A DNA stretch of 63,854 bases, filler included, from Basidiobolus meristosporus CBS 931.73 (Eukaryota > Fungi > Basidiobolomycota), in NCBI GenBank assembly GCA_002104905.1. It is 3 parts of 3 records of this genome, joined end to end, with 100 filler letters (N's around TTAATTAATTAA, not from the genome) between each part and the next. Parts side by side here need not be neighbours in the genome. Positions count along the whole stretch, not along the records: positions 17,367 to 38,127 come from MCFE01000998.1; positions 38,228 to 63,854 come from MCFE01000927.1; 1 more part is not named here. The stretch is one strand, 5' to 3'. The notes under the pieces are model-generated. The model was given only the letters and a program-made list of their open reading frames with translations, did no database searches and was not told the DNA's origin. A program made the position numbers and the translations under genes. Below are positions 30,680 through 44,161 of the stretch, one piece after another; within the stretch, counting starts at the first letter, position 1; the number at the start of each line of letters is the position of its first letter.

Positions 30680-33600
30680 TGTTGTAAGAGTCTTGGAGAT
30701 ATTGGAAGTGATTGGGAGAACAAGTAGATTAAGTGGTTTTCACTTAATGATTTATTGAATGTAAAAGTAGTATTTATACTTTTACCTGGTCTTGGCATTA
30801 CAAACACGCCGAATAGATTAAGAAAGGTCCCAAGAACATGTGTGCAAAGTTTGGGGCTGTTTGGACAGCTTTGAGAATTTTCATGTTCTGGGTACCTGTT
30901 ATTTTGGTGAAAATATTTTAAGTAAATCCCAACAAGTAATTTGGTCAGTATTCTCTAGGATTTGAAGGTGATGATCTAAGTGACTAGGTTAGGTGAATAT
31001 TTAGATGGAAATACAAATCTCTACAACACTCCCACTCAGCTAAATGTTCATACTGACTAGTCCTAATTTTGACCTAAGATATTCAAACTTGTCTCTAGCT
31101 AATGGTTTGGTAAATATGTCTGCAATCATTTCATCTGTAGGACAGTAAACTAAGCTAACTAAGTTATTCTCTATAGATTCACGTATGAAATGATGTCTAA
31201 TATCTATGTGCTTGGTTCTAGCATGAAAAGTTGGATTTCTACCTAATTGTATACATCTTTGATTATCTTAAAATAAAATAATAGGTGTTTTTTGACATAG
31301 GCCTAAATCTGTAAGCAGCTTTCTTAACCACATTGTTTCTTTTGTAGCTTCACAGGCTGCCATATACTCTGCCTCTGTGGTGGAAAGTGCTACAGTTGGT
31401 GGCTTTCTTGAATTCCATGAAATTGCTCCTTTACAGTAAAGAAAGGTGTATCCTGTGGTGGATCTTCTGTCTTCTAAATTTTGTCCCCAATCTGCATCAG
31501 AGTATCCCACAAGATCTTGTTCTGAGTCCCTATAAGTGTATCTTAAGCAAATATCAGCAGTTCCTTTTAGGTATCTAAAAATCTGCTTAACTGCTGCAAT
31601 ATGATCAGATCCATAGTTCTGATTATGTTGGCTGACAACTCCCACTGAATATGAGATATCTGGACGTGTTCCAAGCATGAAATACATCAGACTGCCTACC
31701 ATAGATTGATAAGGAAAGTCAGGGCTTTCAGATGGAACCAAGCTCTCTTGATTTGGTTGAGTTTTGACCAAGTTAAGGTTTGTCTCCATTGGGGTAGCTG
31801 CCGGTTTACAGTCTTCCATTTTGTACTTCTTTAGTATATCTTGAATATACTTGGATTGACTTAGGGTGATAGTCTGGGTACTTCTGTCTATGGAGAACTT
31901 AATCCCTAAGTAGTAACTGAGTTCTCCTAGATTGGTCATCTTGAACTCCTTAGATAGGCTGGATTTTGTCTCTTCCAATGTTTCTAGGTTATTGGTGGCT
32001 ATAATAAGATCATCCACATATAGAGCTAATAGAACTGGATTTGCTCTATCTGGCTTATAGTTTATACTATAGTCAGCATTACTTCTTTTGAAACTCAAGG
32101 ATTCCAAATGAGAATCTATCTTGCAATTCCAGGCTCTTGGTGATTGTTTGAGACCATATAGTGACTTTTTAAGCTTGCAGACCAAATAGGGGTTATCTTG
32201 GTCAGCAAACCCATCAGGGTGGTCCATATACACATCCTCATCAAGTTCTCCATTCAAAAATGCAGTTTTTACATCCATTTGATGAATAAAAAACTTATAT
32301 TTGGCTGCAATAGCCAATATTAATCTGATGGAATTAAACTTGGCTACCAGTGCAAAGGTCTCAGTATAGTCAAGTCCTTTTGTTTGAGAGTATCCTTTGG
32401 CTACAAGTCTTGCTTTGTATATTTCAGTTGTACCATCAGCTTTGTATTTTGTCTTGAAGACCCATCTGCATCCAATTGATTTTTGGTTCATTGGTAATTT
32501 GACTAAGTCCCAAGTTTGATTATCCATCAGGGCCTGATATTCCTCAGTCATTGCAGATCTCCAAACTTCATCTTAGGGCTATTTAGGGCCTCTTTTACAG
32601 TCTGGGGTTCATCAACATGGACTGAATAGGCATAGGCTAAGTTTGTACCCTCATTGATATAGTAATTTGGGCTATTTCTTGTCCTATTGGATCTCCAGGC
32701 ATTTGATACTGGAATGATCACTTCAGGGATATTCCTGGGCACTGATTCTGGCTGAACCACGGTTGTAGAGTCCTCTGGAGTGAAAAAATTTCCATTGTCT
32801 TGCTCTGATTCAATCCTGACAATTGGTGGACTTGAGATCAAATATTTGTCATCATCTGATATCATTTTTTGTGAAAATTTTGAATTTTCATCAAATAACA
32901 CATCCCTGGACTTGATCAGCTTCTTTGCTTTGGTATTGTAGAGTCTGTATGCCTTACTCTCATTGCAGTAGCCCAAAAATATGCATTTTGCACTTTTTGG
33001 CTCAAATTTTGACTGATTTCCGGCCAGTTTTTTGGCAAATGCTGTACACCCAAATATTCTTAGATGTTCTGCACTTGGTCTGTACACATACCATGCTTCA
33101 AATGGTGTGGAATCACAAAGTATTCTGTTATAACTCCTATTTTTAAGGTATACAGCAGTGGCAACTGATTCCGCCCAAAAATCACAGGATAACTTTTGAT
33201 CATGGATCATAGATCTTGCCATATCAGTTATTGATCTGTAAGCTTGTTCTGCTACTCCATTTTGCTGTTGGGAGTATGGTACAGTAGTCTCTTGCTTTAT
33301 CCCATGAATTTTGCAGTAGTGGATGAAGAGTTTTAAGGTATATTCTCCACCATTGTCCAAGCCTATTTTCATGATTTTTTCACCAGTTTCTCTCTCCACC
33401 ATGGCTTTGAACTCCCTGAACTTACACAGAGCTTCTTCCTTTCTCTCCATAAAGTAGACCCATGTGTATCTTGTGTAATCATCAATAAAAGTGATCAAAT
33501 ATTTCATCCCGCCTAAGGATAAATTTTGCATAGGTCCACAGAGATCTGAGTGAATTAGATCTAATTTTTTCTTAGTTTTGATTAACCCAGAGCTCTTGAA

Positions 33601-34727
33601 CGGTTGTCTGGCTTGTTTCCCATATATGCAGGCTTCACAGTGCTCCAAATTAGCTGGGGGATCAATTTTCACTCCAGAAATTAGCTGATCTTTGATCATT
33701 TTGTGCAAATAATCAAAATTGATGTGTCCAAATCTCCTGTGCCAAAGCATTGGTGTTTCTTCATTTAAGTTACATATATTGGCTTCCAAATATGATGAAA
33801 TATAAGTCAACTTGTATAGATTCTGATCTCTGATGCCTGTAGCAATATGGGCACCATTTTGATCAGTGATCCTGCGTCCAGAATTGTCAAATCTGAAACT
33901 GAGTCCTTCTGCTGTGGCCTTGCTTACAGAGAGTAGGTTCTTGGCTATTTCTGGTACATAGAGTACTTCTTTAAAGGCCAGTGTATGGCTTCCTTCACTG
34001 CTTCTAAGGTTTACTTGGATAGTTCCTTCTCCCACTGCATCAAGTGTTCTATTGTCACCCATGAAAACCTTCTTAATTGGAATTTCTGGATATTGGGTAA
34101 AAAGTTCTTTTTGGTGTGTAAAGTGTTGAGAAGCTCCAGAGTCAATATACCACATCTGTGAATCCTTGTTTGTGGTCATGTTTAGTGCAGGTATGAATAG
34201 TCTATCTTCAGTTGTTGCAGCATTTCCATATTCAGTCTTCTTTGCTGATAATCTCTCTTTTTGAGACACCAGTCTGATATGTGTCCTTTCCTTTTGCAGT
34301 GATTGCAAAATAGGTTGCTGTTGCCTTTGTAGGGTCTTGGGTACCTCCTTTGTTGGTTATCATTGCCTATTAAAGCATTTTCTTCTTCCTTCTTATTGGC
34401 ACTTGATTTTCTTAATTCTTCATCCAGGAGCCTTCCATATACGTAATTTAAGGTCAAATCTTCAGTTCTGGACTCTAGGGCTGATACAAGGCCCTGAAAC
34501 CTGTCTGTCAGGCTATTCAGGATGGTAACTATCACATCCTCATCAGTAGTTAGTACACCCACAGATTCCATCTCATCTACCAGCAGGGTAATTCTGTTAA
34601 TTAGATTTTTCATTTCTTCTCCTGGCAGCATCTTTGTAGTAAAGAATTTTTGTCTAAGATACATTTTCTTGGCAGCTGAACATGACTGGTAGGTTTCTTC
34701 TAATGCTTTCCAGGCATTCTTTGCCGT
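30680..34727 (-). mobile_element. Ty1/copia family A element, truncated in gag by a gypsy LTR
   Basis: 3' LTR 30680-31028 and PPT; RT/RNase H 31268-32551; protease/integrase 32548-34308 (WYIDSGASQH); gag 34182-34727 with CNHCKRKGHISDWC zinc knuckle. Confidence 0.92.
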
Positions 34728-35433
34728 TGTGGTGGTGTATAAGTTCAAGGGAGAGATACGTCCAACACTTCTCAAGTGTTTTGTGTGTGGGGTGTTCACT
34801 GGGTGCAATAACCTCTGGCAAAAGCTTGCTAGGAATACTTGGGTTCTGTCTCTAATCTAATGTAAAGGGGAATAAAGCCACAAGCTTGTCAAGGGAAAAC
34901 TATTGAGCTACAATCCCCAACTTAGTTGGCGTCTTAACAAAAGTATGTGCTGGGTTCAGCGTCCTTTGAGATGACAATGCACTAAAGCTTCCAAAGTCAA
35001 AACAACTGTAAACTCCACCAGCAGGGACTTGATAAGAATGCAGCTTTGGTCAATAGTTACAAAGACAGAAAAGTATCTTTGCCTGTACAAGAACAAACTT
35101 GGGAAAGAATCAAATATAATAAAAGATACCTACTCTGAGTATTCCTCACAAGTAGTGCCTCCAAGGTCAGTTGGCTGTCAGCGCGGTTTCCTGGGAGTGT
35201 CCTGTGGTTTAGGGTTGGAAGTTCAGGTAGCAGCAGGTAGCAGTGATCACACTAATCAACAAGTTGGTATATTGATAAAAGGGATGATGATTTATTGTTG
35301 AGGGATAGCCTCCATTGTATACTTTTCTCACTGGCTAAGTGATTACTAATCATGGTGTTCCAGAAGGTTCCGGAGATCAATAGAAATCTTAATGACATGA
35401 GAATGACCTAAGAATGTTCTAAGTAGGTGCCGG
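34728..35433 (-). mobile_element. Partial minus-orientation gypsy LTR, interrupted by a same-family insertion
   Basis: Reverse complement of 35799-36504; identical 90-aa spurious ORFs at 35029 (+) and 36203 (-). Confidence 0.88.
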
Positions 35434-38127
35434 TGTAGTGGGGTGACAGTGACACTCACTGACAGATGTGCTCATTCCCTTATTTTCTACTTCCCTATAT
35501 CTCTACTACACTTATTTTAGTTTTATCCCATTTGTCTTACCCAATCAGTACTATCCCATAAGCCGGTTGACTATCACACCTGCTTACCTTATTGCATAAG
35601 TTACCCCTCACTTTATGTAAGATTACTAGCTATAAGTACTTCTATATTAGGCAAGTACCCGTGCCAGTACCCGTGACACATGATCAGCCCGTGTCACCAT
35701 CCCTACTATCTCCATACCGTATATGGTATCCCCATGTTACACAGGTTTCAGAATACTGATTCCTGATTGGTTGGATGTGCTGTGCCTCTTAGAACCTTCC
35801 GGCACCTACTTAGAACATTCTTAGGTCATTCTGATGTCATTAAGATTTCTATTGAACTCCGGAACCTTCTGGAACACCATGATTAGTAATCACTTAGCCA
35901 GTGAGAAAAGTATACAAGGGAGGCTATCCCTCAACAATAAATCATCATCCCTTTTATCAATATACCAACTTGTTGATTAGTGTGATCACTGCTACCTGCT
36001 GCTACCTGAACTTCCAACCCTAGACCACAGGACACTCCCAGGAAACCGCGCTGACAGCCAACTGACCTTGGAGGCACTACTTGTGAGGAATACTCAGAGT
36101 AGGTATCTTTTATTATATTTGATTCTTTCCCAAGTTTGTTCTTGTACAGGCAAAGATACTTTTCTGTCTTTGTAACTATTGACCACAGCTGCATTCTTAT
36201 CAAGTCCCTGCTGGTGGAGTTTACAGTTGTTTTGACTTTGGAAGCTTTAGTACATTGTCATCTCAAAGGACACTGAACCCAGCACATACTTTTGTTAAGA
36301 CGCCAACTAAGTTGGGGATTGTAGCTCAATAGTTTTCCCTTGACAAGCTTGTGGCTTTATTCCCCTTCACATTAGATTAGAGACAGAACCCAAGTATTCC
36401 TAGCAAGCTTTTGCCAGAGGTTATTGCACCCAGTGAACACCCCACACACAAAACACTTGAGAAGTGTTGGACGTATCTCTCCCTTGGACCTATACACCAC
36501 CACATATTTGGCACCCAACATGGGGGGTTCATACAAGCTCCCTAGGACCCAACAAGATTTACCTGAAGATTTGAGCTGTTATCCACCTATTGAAAAGAGA
36601 CTACCAATATTACCAAGATTACAACACCAACCTACCTGCCCAAAATGAACTCTATGCCATTACCACTCTCACATGGAGCCCCACAGTTTGATGGAAAGAA
36701 TGTGGAAAGCTTCATATTCAAATGGGAGAAGCTCTGCAAGATGTGCAGCCTATCTGAACAAGAAATGGCTGAAGACTTCCCCTACTACTGCACCAATGAT
36801 ATTACCACTAAGCTTCTCAGACAAGGAGACATTCTCACTGACTGGGCCTTAATGAAGACCTACCTACAGACCAAGTATGGTAGACCCCAGATATACTATG
36901 GAATTGAAGACCTCAGGCGCTTTGGAAGAACTGGACTTTCCAAGCTGCCACTTGAAGAGTTCATTCAACAGTATGAAGATATGGCCAAGCCACTCCTAGA
37001 GTCCCAGGCTATAACTGAGTTTACCGTGACACTTTACCTTGCACAAGGGCTTCCCCAGGACTTGGCAAGGAAAGTTGACTTACATGCAGCCAAGGATGAC
37101 AAGTCTGGCATTCCTTGCTTTGCAGAGATGAAATGTGTTCTCCTAGAGGCAAAGTAAACTTCTACCTTTATGAGACTCCTGACATCTAATCTGCCAGACC
37201 AGTCAACCAAGGAGCCAAGGAGTGCTGCTGCTGACAATCAGACCTACACTACCGACAGAATTGACCAACTTGCTGAACAGCTACAGAAGTTAGCCCTCCA
37301 GATTAATGGCTGAGCTGAGGTTGCTACTGAGGGACAAAGACCTTTGCCCTGGCACTGCATCTGGTGTGACTCTACTCAGCATACCAAACAAGAATGCTCA
37401 GAGCTTAGTCAGCTACTCAGAGAAGGAGCAGTACAGTTTGATGCTGATGGAATGCTTGCTGACAAGGAAGGAAGAAGGATTCCCACTAATTTCCAAAGAG
37501 GAGGGATGAGAGCCCTTTTCCAGAAATCTGACTCAGCAACCAGAAAGATTACTGTTGATGCCCCTATTGGGACTCATAAAGTGAATCCAAGCAGCCCTGA
37601 CAACAGAAAATATCAAGTTGATGCCTTTGCTACCAAAAGACACCTCCCTGAAGAACCTGCCAAACCCATCCTTAGAAGACCACAATTTGAAGAACCTGAA
37701 GTTGTTATTGACAAGAGGCCTAGTATGCTGCCCACCCAAGATCCATTGCCTCACTTTGAGATGACCTCAAAGATAGCAAGCTACTCAAGCCCTCAACTGA
37801 TTACTGAGAAGCTGCTGAAGCAAAACCTCACTTTGTTGGTTGGAGAAATCATGAGTGTATCCCCATCTGTTAGGAAGACCTTTGATGAGCAGCTTAGAAC
37901 AAGACGACAAGCTGTTGAACATATGGACACCCATATAATTCAGACAAACCATGAAGACCACCAAAAAGATGACAACACTACTGAGTATAAGACCTTTTAC
38001 TCAGTTGCAACTGCTGTGGTGAAAGGATATATATGATGACCCTGTTGACTGCCATATTGACAGTGGCTCAGAGATTTGTGTTATGCCGCTAGACTTCTGG
38101 AAGACACTTAGAAGCAAGGAGCTACTG
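35434..38127 (+). mobile_element. Ty3/gypsy element 5' part: 1071-bp LTR (35434-36504), PBS, gag, protease start
   Basis: TG..CA LTR; PBS TGGCACCCAACATGGGG (36509); gag APQFDGKNVESF..; CIWCDSTQHTKQEC knuckle; IDSGSEICVM protease motif at ~38056. Confidence 0.88.
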
Positions 38128-38227
38128 NNNNNNNNNNNNNNNNNNNNNNNNNNNNNNNNNNNNNNNNNNNNTTAATTAATTAANNNNNNNNNNNNNNNNN
38201 NNNNNNNNNNNNNNNNNNNNNNNNNNN
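38128..38227. other. Artificial contig linker (N44-TTAATTAATTAA-N44)
   Basis: Same 100-nt spacer. Confidence 0.97.
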
Positions 38228-41200
38228 GTAGGGAGGGTTTCTCAATATTCAGAGAGCATTCTGTAACAGTTTCAGGGTTAGTACATAATGCTGGTAATAC
38301 TGCTAATTTGATCCTGACTATAGGGGAATAATCATAAGATCACATATCTGGAGAAAGTAGCAAAGTTAAGCAGTAAATGAGTCCTACAGTGACTAAAACT
38401 AGTCTAGAATTGCTAATTAAATTTTTATCTGCTGAATGATATCAAATAGTCCAATATTTCAACACTCCCCCTCAACTAAATAATTCTTAATCCAATTCTC
38501 TCTAAGGATCTCAAACTGTGGCCTAGCTAGTGGTTTGTCAATACGTCTGCCACCATTTTGTCAGTTGGCAGTAAACTAACTCCACTAAGTTATTTTCTAC
38601 AGCTTCCCTCACAAAGTGATGCTGCATATCAACGTGCTTAGTTCTGGCATGATTAGTAGGATTTCTAGCTAACAAAATACAACTTTGATTATCCTTATAA
38701 ATACATATTGGTTCACCTGAATTAAAACCTAAGTCTTGGAATAATTTTTGTAGCCATATAGCCTACTTAGTGGCTTGACATGCAGCCATATATTCAGCTT
38801 CAGTTGTAGATAGTGCCACAGTTGGTTGTCTCTTGCAATTCCAAGTAATAGCTGCTCCTGCATAAAGAAATACATAGCCTGTTGTAGAGCATCTGTCAAT
38901 CAGATCCCTACCCCAATCTGAATCACTATAACCATCAAGTTTTTGCCTATTAGCTGCTCCAGAGTATTCCAGTACCATATTTATGGTACCTTGTAGATAT
39001 CTGAAAATCTGCTTAACTGCTGCAATTTGATCTGATCCTTAGTTTGGCATGAATTGACTGACTACTCCAACTGCCACTGCAATATCTGGACATGTAGACA
39101 CCATCAAGTACATTAGGCTACCAACCATTGATTGATAGGGAAAGTTTTGGTCCATATTTGAGCCATTTTCATCTATAACTGGCTGAGATTTGCTTAATTT
39201 CAGGTTATTGTCCACAGGAGTTGCTGCAGGTTTGCAATTTTCCATTTTGAAGCATCTAAGAATGTCCCTGATGTACTTGGACTTATTCAGCACAATTTTC
39301 TGCGTAGGTATGTCAAACTTGACCTCAATTTCAAGAAAATAGCTCAATTTTCCAAGATCTTTCATCTCAAATTTGCTGAAGAGATCTGATTTTGTCTGTT
39401 TAAGTGCCTCTTGATCACTTGTAGCTATAATTAGGTCATCCACATAAAGAACTAGGATGATCACACCCTTCTTGAGCTGTTTCACATATATACTGTGATC
39501 TGCAGTGCTACAAGAGAACCCAATGTCCTCTAGATGTGTGTCAATCTTGTTATACCATGCTCTGGGTGCCTGCTTAAGCCCATACAATGATTTACAAGGT
39601 TGCACACCTTATGGGGGCCTTTTGGGTCGGTAAAACCTTCAGGTTGCTCCATATATATAGTTTCTTGCAAATCCCCATTTAGAAAGGCTGTTTTGACATC
39701 CATTTGGTGTAGATCTAGACTGTGTACAGCTGCCAGGGCTAAACTGTCCTAATAGAGTTAAACTTGGCAACTGGAGCAAATGTTTCCTTAAAGTCTGGTC
39801 CCCGGATCTGGGAATAGCCTTTAGCTACCAATCTAGCCTTGTACTTATCAACGGCACCATTTGAGGTTATCTTGATCTTGTAGACCCATCTACATTCTAT
39901 TGGCATTCTGCCATTTGGTAAATCTACCAGTTCCCATGTTTTTGCCTTGACAGTGATTGGTACTCCTCCTGCATTGCTTGTTGCCACTTAGTAGCATCTG
40001 GACTTTGCATAGCCTGTTCCAGATTCTGAGGTTTGGCACATAATGCAAGATAAGCTTCTTCATGATCATTAGATGTCTGCCACCAGGATCCAGGGGCATT
40101 TCTTATTCTGGTAGATCTCCTTACTGCGATAAGCTGTTCTGATGTGGAACTGGTAGAAGTATCTTCCATATCTGGCTGGATTTGGTACGTATCTTCTTCA
40201 TTAGTGTTGATTGCATCATCAGGCAGCAAACCAATGATTTCTGTGGCTTTCTGATCTGAGTTGTCCTCAAATAAAGCATCCCTGCTCTTGATCAGCTTCT
40301 GAATTTTGCCATCATACACTCTATACCCTTTAGTATCTTCACAATACCCAAGAAAGAACCCTTTCCTACTCTTTGGTTCCAACTTTGAGCGTTTTTTGTC
40401 CGGGATGTGATAAAAAACATCACTGTCAAGGATCTTGAGATGCTGGAGATCTGGTTTTTTGCCTGTATATGCTTCAAAGGGTGTAAAATCACGTAGTGCT
40501 GTTGTTGGGCATCTGTTTGAGATGTATACAGTGGTAGCAACCAATTCAGCCCAAAACTTGTAGTCCATTCCCTTATCATGTAGCATAGATCTTCCCATCT
40601 CTACTATTGTTCTATTTACATGTTCTGCTACTCCATTTTGCTGTGGATTATGAGGAACTGTGGTCTGTCAAAGTATACCAGTAGACAAGCAGTATTTTGC
40701 AAACTCCTTTGAGCAGTATTCTCCTCCATTTTCACTTTGTAGTACCTTCAATTTACACCCAGTTTGTGTTTCTGCCATGTTCTTGAAGTGCTTGAACGTC
40801 TCTAAAGCTTCATCCTTTGTTTTGAGGAAGTACGCCCATGTATATCTTGTCTTGTCATCAATAAATATCATCAAGTATCTCTTGGCTCCAAAGGACAGTG
40901 TTCACATGGGGCCACATATGTCTGAGTGTACAATAGCCAAAATTTCGGTGGTATTGATGCCCTCTGAGCTCTTGAAACGTTGCCTAGCTTGTTTGCCATA
41001 TGAACATCCCTTACAAACATTCAATTTGATTGGAATTGAGTATTTTAGGCTCAAAACAAGCTAATTTTTCACCAATTGGCTCATTTTCTGTTCCCCAATG
41101 TGTCCTAGCCTTCTATGCCATGTCTCCCAGTTGTTTTCATCAGTTTCAGCAATGTTGACATACTCAGGTACAATGATTTTGCATTGTAACTTGTATATAT

Positions 41201-42977
41201 TGTGATCTCTGATTTCTGAAGCTAATTTTTGTCCATTTTCACTCAATATTGAGCAGCTCAGCTTAGTAAGAACAAATTTCAGTCCCTGAGTAGTTGCTTT
41301 ACTGACTGAGAGTAGGTTCTTAGCTATTCCAGGTACATAGAGTACATCAGTCAGTTTTGCTGTTGTTGCCCCTGAGTTATCACTCACATTTAGTTGTATA
41401 GACCCACTGGTGGTAGCTTCTAATGCAGAGTTATGGACAGTGTTCTCATGCGGCCACATATGTCTGAGTGTACAATAGCCAATATTTCGGTGGTATTGAT
41501 GCCCTCTGAGCTCTTGAAACGTTGCCTAGCTTGTTTGCCATGTGAACATCCCTTACAATCATTCAATTTGATTGGAATTGAGTATTTTAGGCCCAAAACA
41601 AGCTGATTTTTCACCAATTGGCTCATTTTCTGTTCCCCTATGTGTCCTAGCCTTCTATGCCATGTCTCCCAGATGGTTTCATCAGTTTCAGCAATGTTGA
41701 CATACTCAGGTACAATGATCTTGCAATGAACTTGTATATATTGTGATCTCTGATTCCCAAAGCTAACTTTTGTCCATTTTCACTCAATATTGAGCAGCTC
41801 AGCTTAGTAAAAACAAATTTCAGTCCCTGAGTAGTTGCTTTACTGACTGAAAGTAGGTTCTTAGCTATTCCAGGTACATAGAGTATATCAGTCAGTTTTG
41901 CTGTTGTTGCCCCTGAGTTATCACTCACACTTAGTTGTATAGACCCACTGGTGGTAGCTTCCGATGCAGAGTTATCTCCCAGATAAACCTTCCTTACAGG
42001 AATAATCTTTAAGTTGCTGAGCAATTCCTTGATACCACAAATATGCTGTGATGCTCCAGAGTCAATATACCATTCATTACTTTGGTTACTTGCACTCTCT
42101 TGTACAGTTACAAATAACTGTTTATCAGTAGTTATATGGTTTGCCTGCTCTAGTTTCTGTTTTTTGTCTGCTTGTTTCTTCTTGCATTCTCTTGCCCAGT
42201 GTCCTGGCTTTTTACAGTAGTTACAGCAGCCAGGTTTTCTTAGGTTTTGCTGCTTTCCCTTCTTTTCTGTGTGCCTTTCTGAACTGAATAAAGCATTATC
42301 TTCAATTTTCTCTGCTTGATCATTACATCTAAGTTCTTCATGGAGAAGTCTTCCTTTGACATAGTCTAAAGTAAAGTTGTCTTCTCTGCTTTCAAAAGAA
42401 AGTATCAGTGGCTCATACTCATCTGGTAGGCTGCAAAGCAGACAGAGTATCTTTTCTTCATCATCTACACCAGCATTGATACTGTAAAGTTCTTCTGCAA
42501 GAGTCTTCATTCTGGTAATGAGTTGTAGCATGTCATCATCTGGCTTCTTCCTCATGTTGAAGAACTTCCAATTCAAATAGAGCATGCTTGATACTGACTT
42601 TGTTCTAAAGATCTTCTCTAAGGATTCCCATGCTGCTTTGGCAGTATTTGAGGCATGGATTTGTCCAATGAAGGAGTCTTGCACATTGATGCATATTGCA
42701 TTGAAGGCCTTTCTCTCCTTCTCTTGGAACTTCTCCACATCTTCTGCTGTTCCTTTGGGCTCAACTTCCTTTGCTGTTACTATGTTCCAAAGCTTTCTTT
42801 CCTCAAGGTGGATCTGCATCTTGATTCTCCAAAGTCTGTGGTTCTTCCTATCAAACCTCTCCTTTACAGGGAAGATGTTGGTATTGCTTTGTTTGCTGCA
42901 GTGACTAAGACTAGTCTAGAATTGTTAAGTAAATTTTTAGCTGCTGAATGATACCAAATAGTCCAAAACTTTAACAA
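38228..42977 (-). mobile_element. Decayed Ty1/copia family B element
   Basis: 3' LTR to 38464 plus PPT; RNase H, RT (YVDDL), integrase; gag-protease ORF 41647-42819 (CNYCKKPGHWAREC, WYIDSGASQH). Only ~78 bp of the 5' LTR remain (42900-42977). Confidence 0.88.
40893..41975. repeat. Tandem duplication (~542 bp x2) of the protease/pre-integrase region in copia B
   Basis: GGACAGTGTT..GCCACATATGTCTGAGTG occurs at 40893 and 41435; ORFs 41061-41459 and 41647-42819 share EATTSGSIQL..SDNSGATTAKLTD.LYVPGIAKNLLSVSKATTQGLKF. Confidence 0.88.
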
Positions 42978-44161
42978 TCCCAACGTCAAACATAGCTAAG
43001 TCATAGTCAATGGCAATCATGACGGCTTCTTCAATATTCTGAGGTTATCAATAACTCACTTCCTTGCAAGCTCCTTCTTTCAACCCTTCAATAAGTGTTT
43101 AACTTGAGCCAGGAGGTCCATTCTTTCAATTAGTTCAAGTAGACACATATACTCATAGAAGTATTCTTGAGCCTTTCTTTTCTATCTGAGTGTTATCATT
43201 TCCTTCTTAGTAGTATCTCTTAGTGAGGAAGTTCAAAAGGATCTGCAATTTCCAGAATAAACTCATCTCTGATAGAAATTTTAGGGCATCCCATTATTAT
43301 GGCTGACCTGACCTCATTGTAGTACAGCTGCTAAGCTGAGTCTATTAAGTAAGAAACAGCATAATACAAATTGCTTTCTGAAGCAATTCTTTAACTTAAA
43401 AGCTTCTTCAATCTGGAAGTGTCAAGTTTCTAGTTTTTAGACTTGTTCCATAGTACCATGCCAGGGCATGCAGCGCAATCCGCGGTTGCAAAGAACGATT
43501 GGGTCCGATATTATAGCTACCAGAAGGCAGGATCATTCTTGGACGATTTCGCACTATGCGGGACAATCTGACACGATGAGGTTGGCGCGGATGATTGCGC
43601 CAACTCGTAATGCTTGCATCACGTGCGCAATCGGATACCGCTATAATGGCAGGTAAAATCCGGTATTTGGATATGTTTCTTTAATGTAAATGGAAATAAA
43701 TGTGTATCACACTATAAACTACACTGATACTTACCATTTTGGTTACCCTCACTCCAATTGGACGGTATCTCAGTGGTTAATTGGTCCAAAAGTATCCTGA
43801 AGCTGGCAGCCCCCAATTGGCTCATTGACTACTGAAAAAGCTACCTGATTCGCCATCAAATATCCCATTTTGCCCATTGAGCAAGTAAATCACTGATCCT
43901 AGTGATTGGGCAAGGTGTCATAGCTAGCACGCAAGCGATCGTGTAGGTGCAAAACAGATCCAATAGCTGCACTGATATTACAGATGACGTATATATATGC
44001 AGGGTGTTTATTTATAGGGGTTCTGTCTCAAATGTGAGACGACCTTGATATTACTTATATCAAAAATTTGATGATCACTGATTTGCAATGGCTCAATTTG
44101 GATCGCAAAAAAAAAGGGTTGTTGGGATCATTACAAATGTGAGCGATTCAAAGCAATCGCA

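Noticed and set aside
35029-36203. Duplicated 90-aa ORF MIRMQLWSIVTK (also 62694)
   Set aside because: Lies inside the gypsy LTR; not conserved in length between copies.
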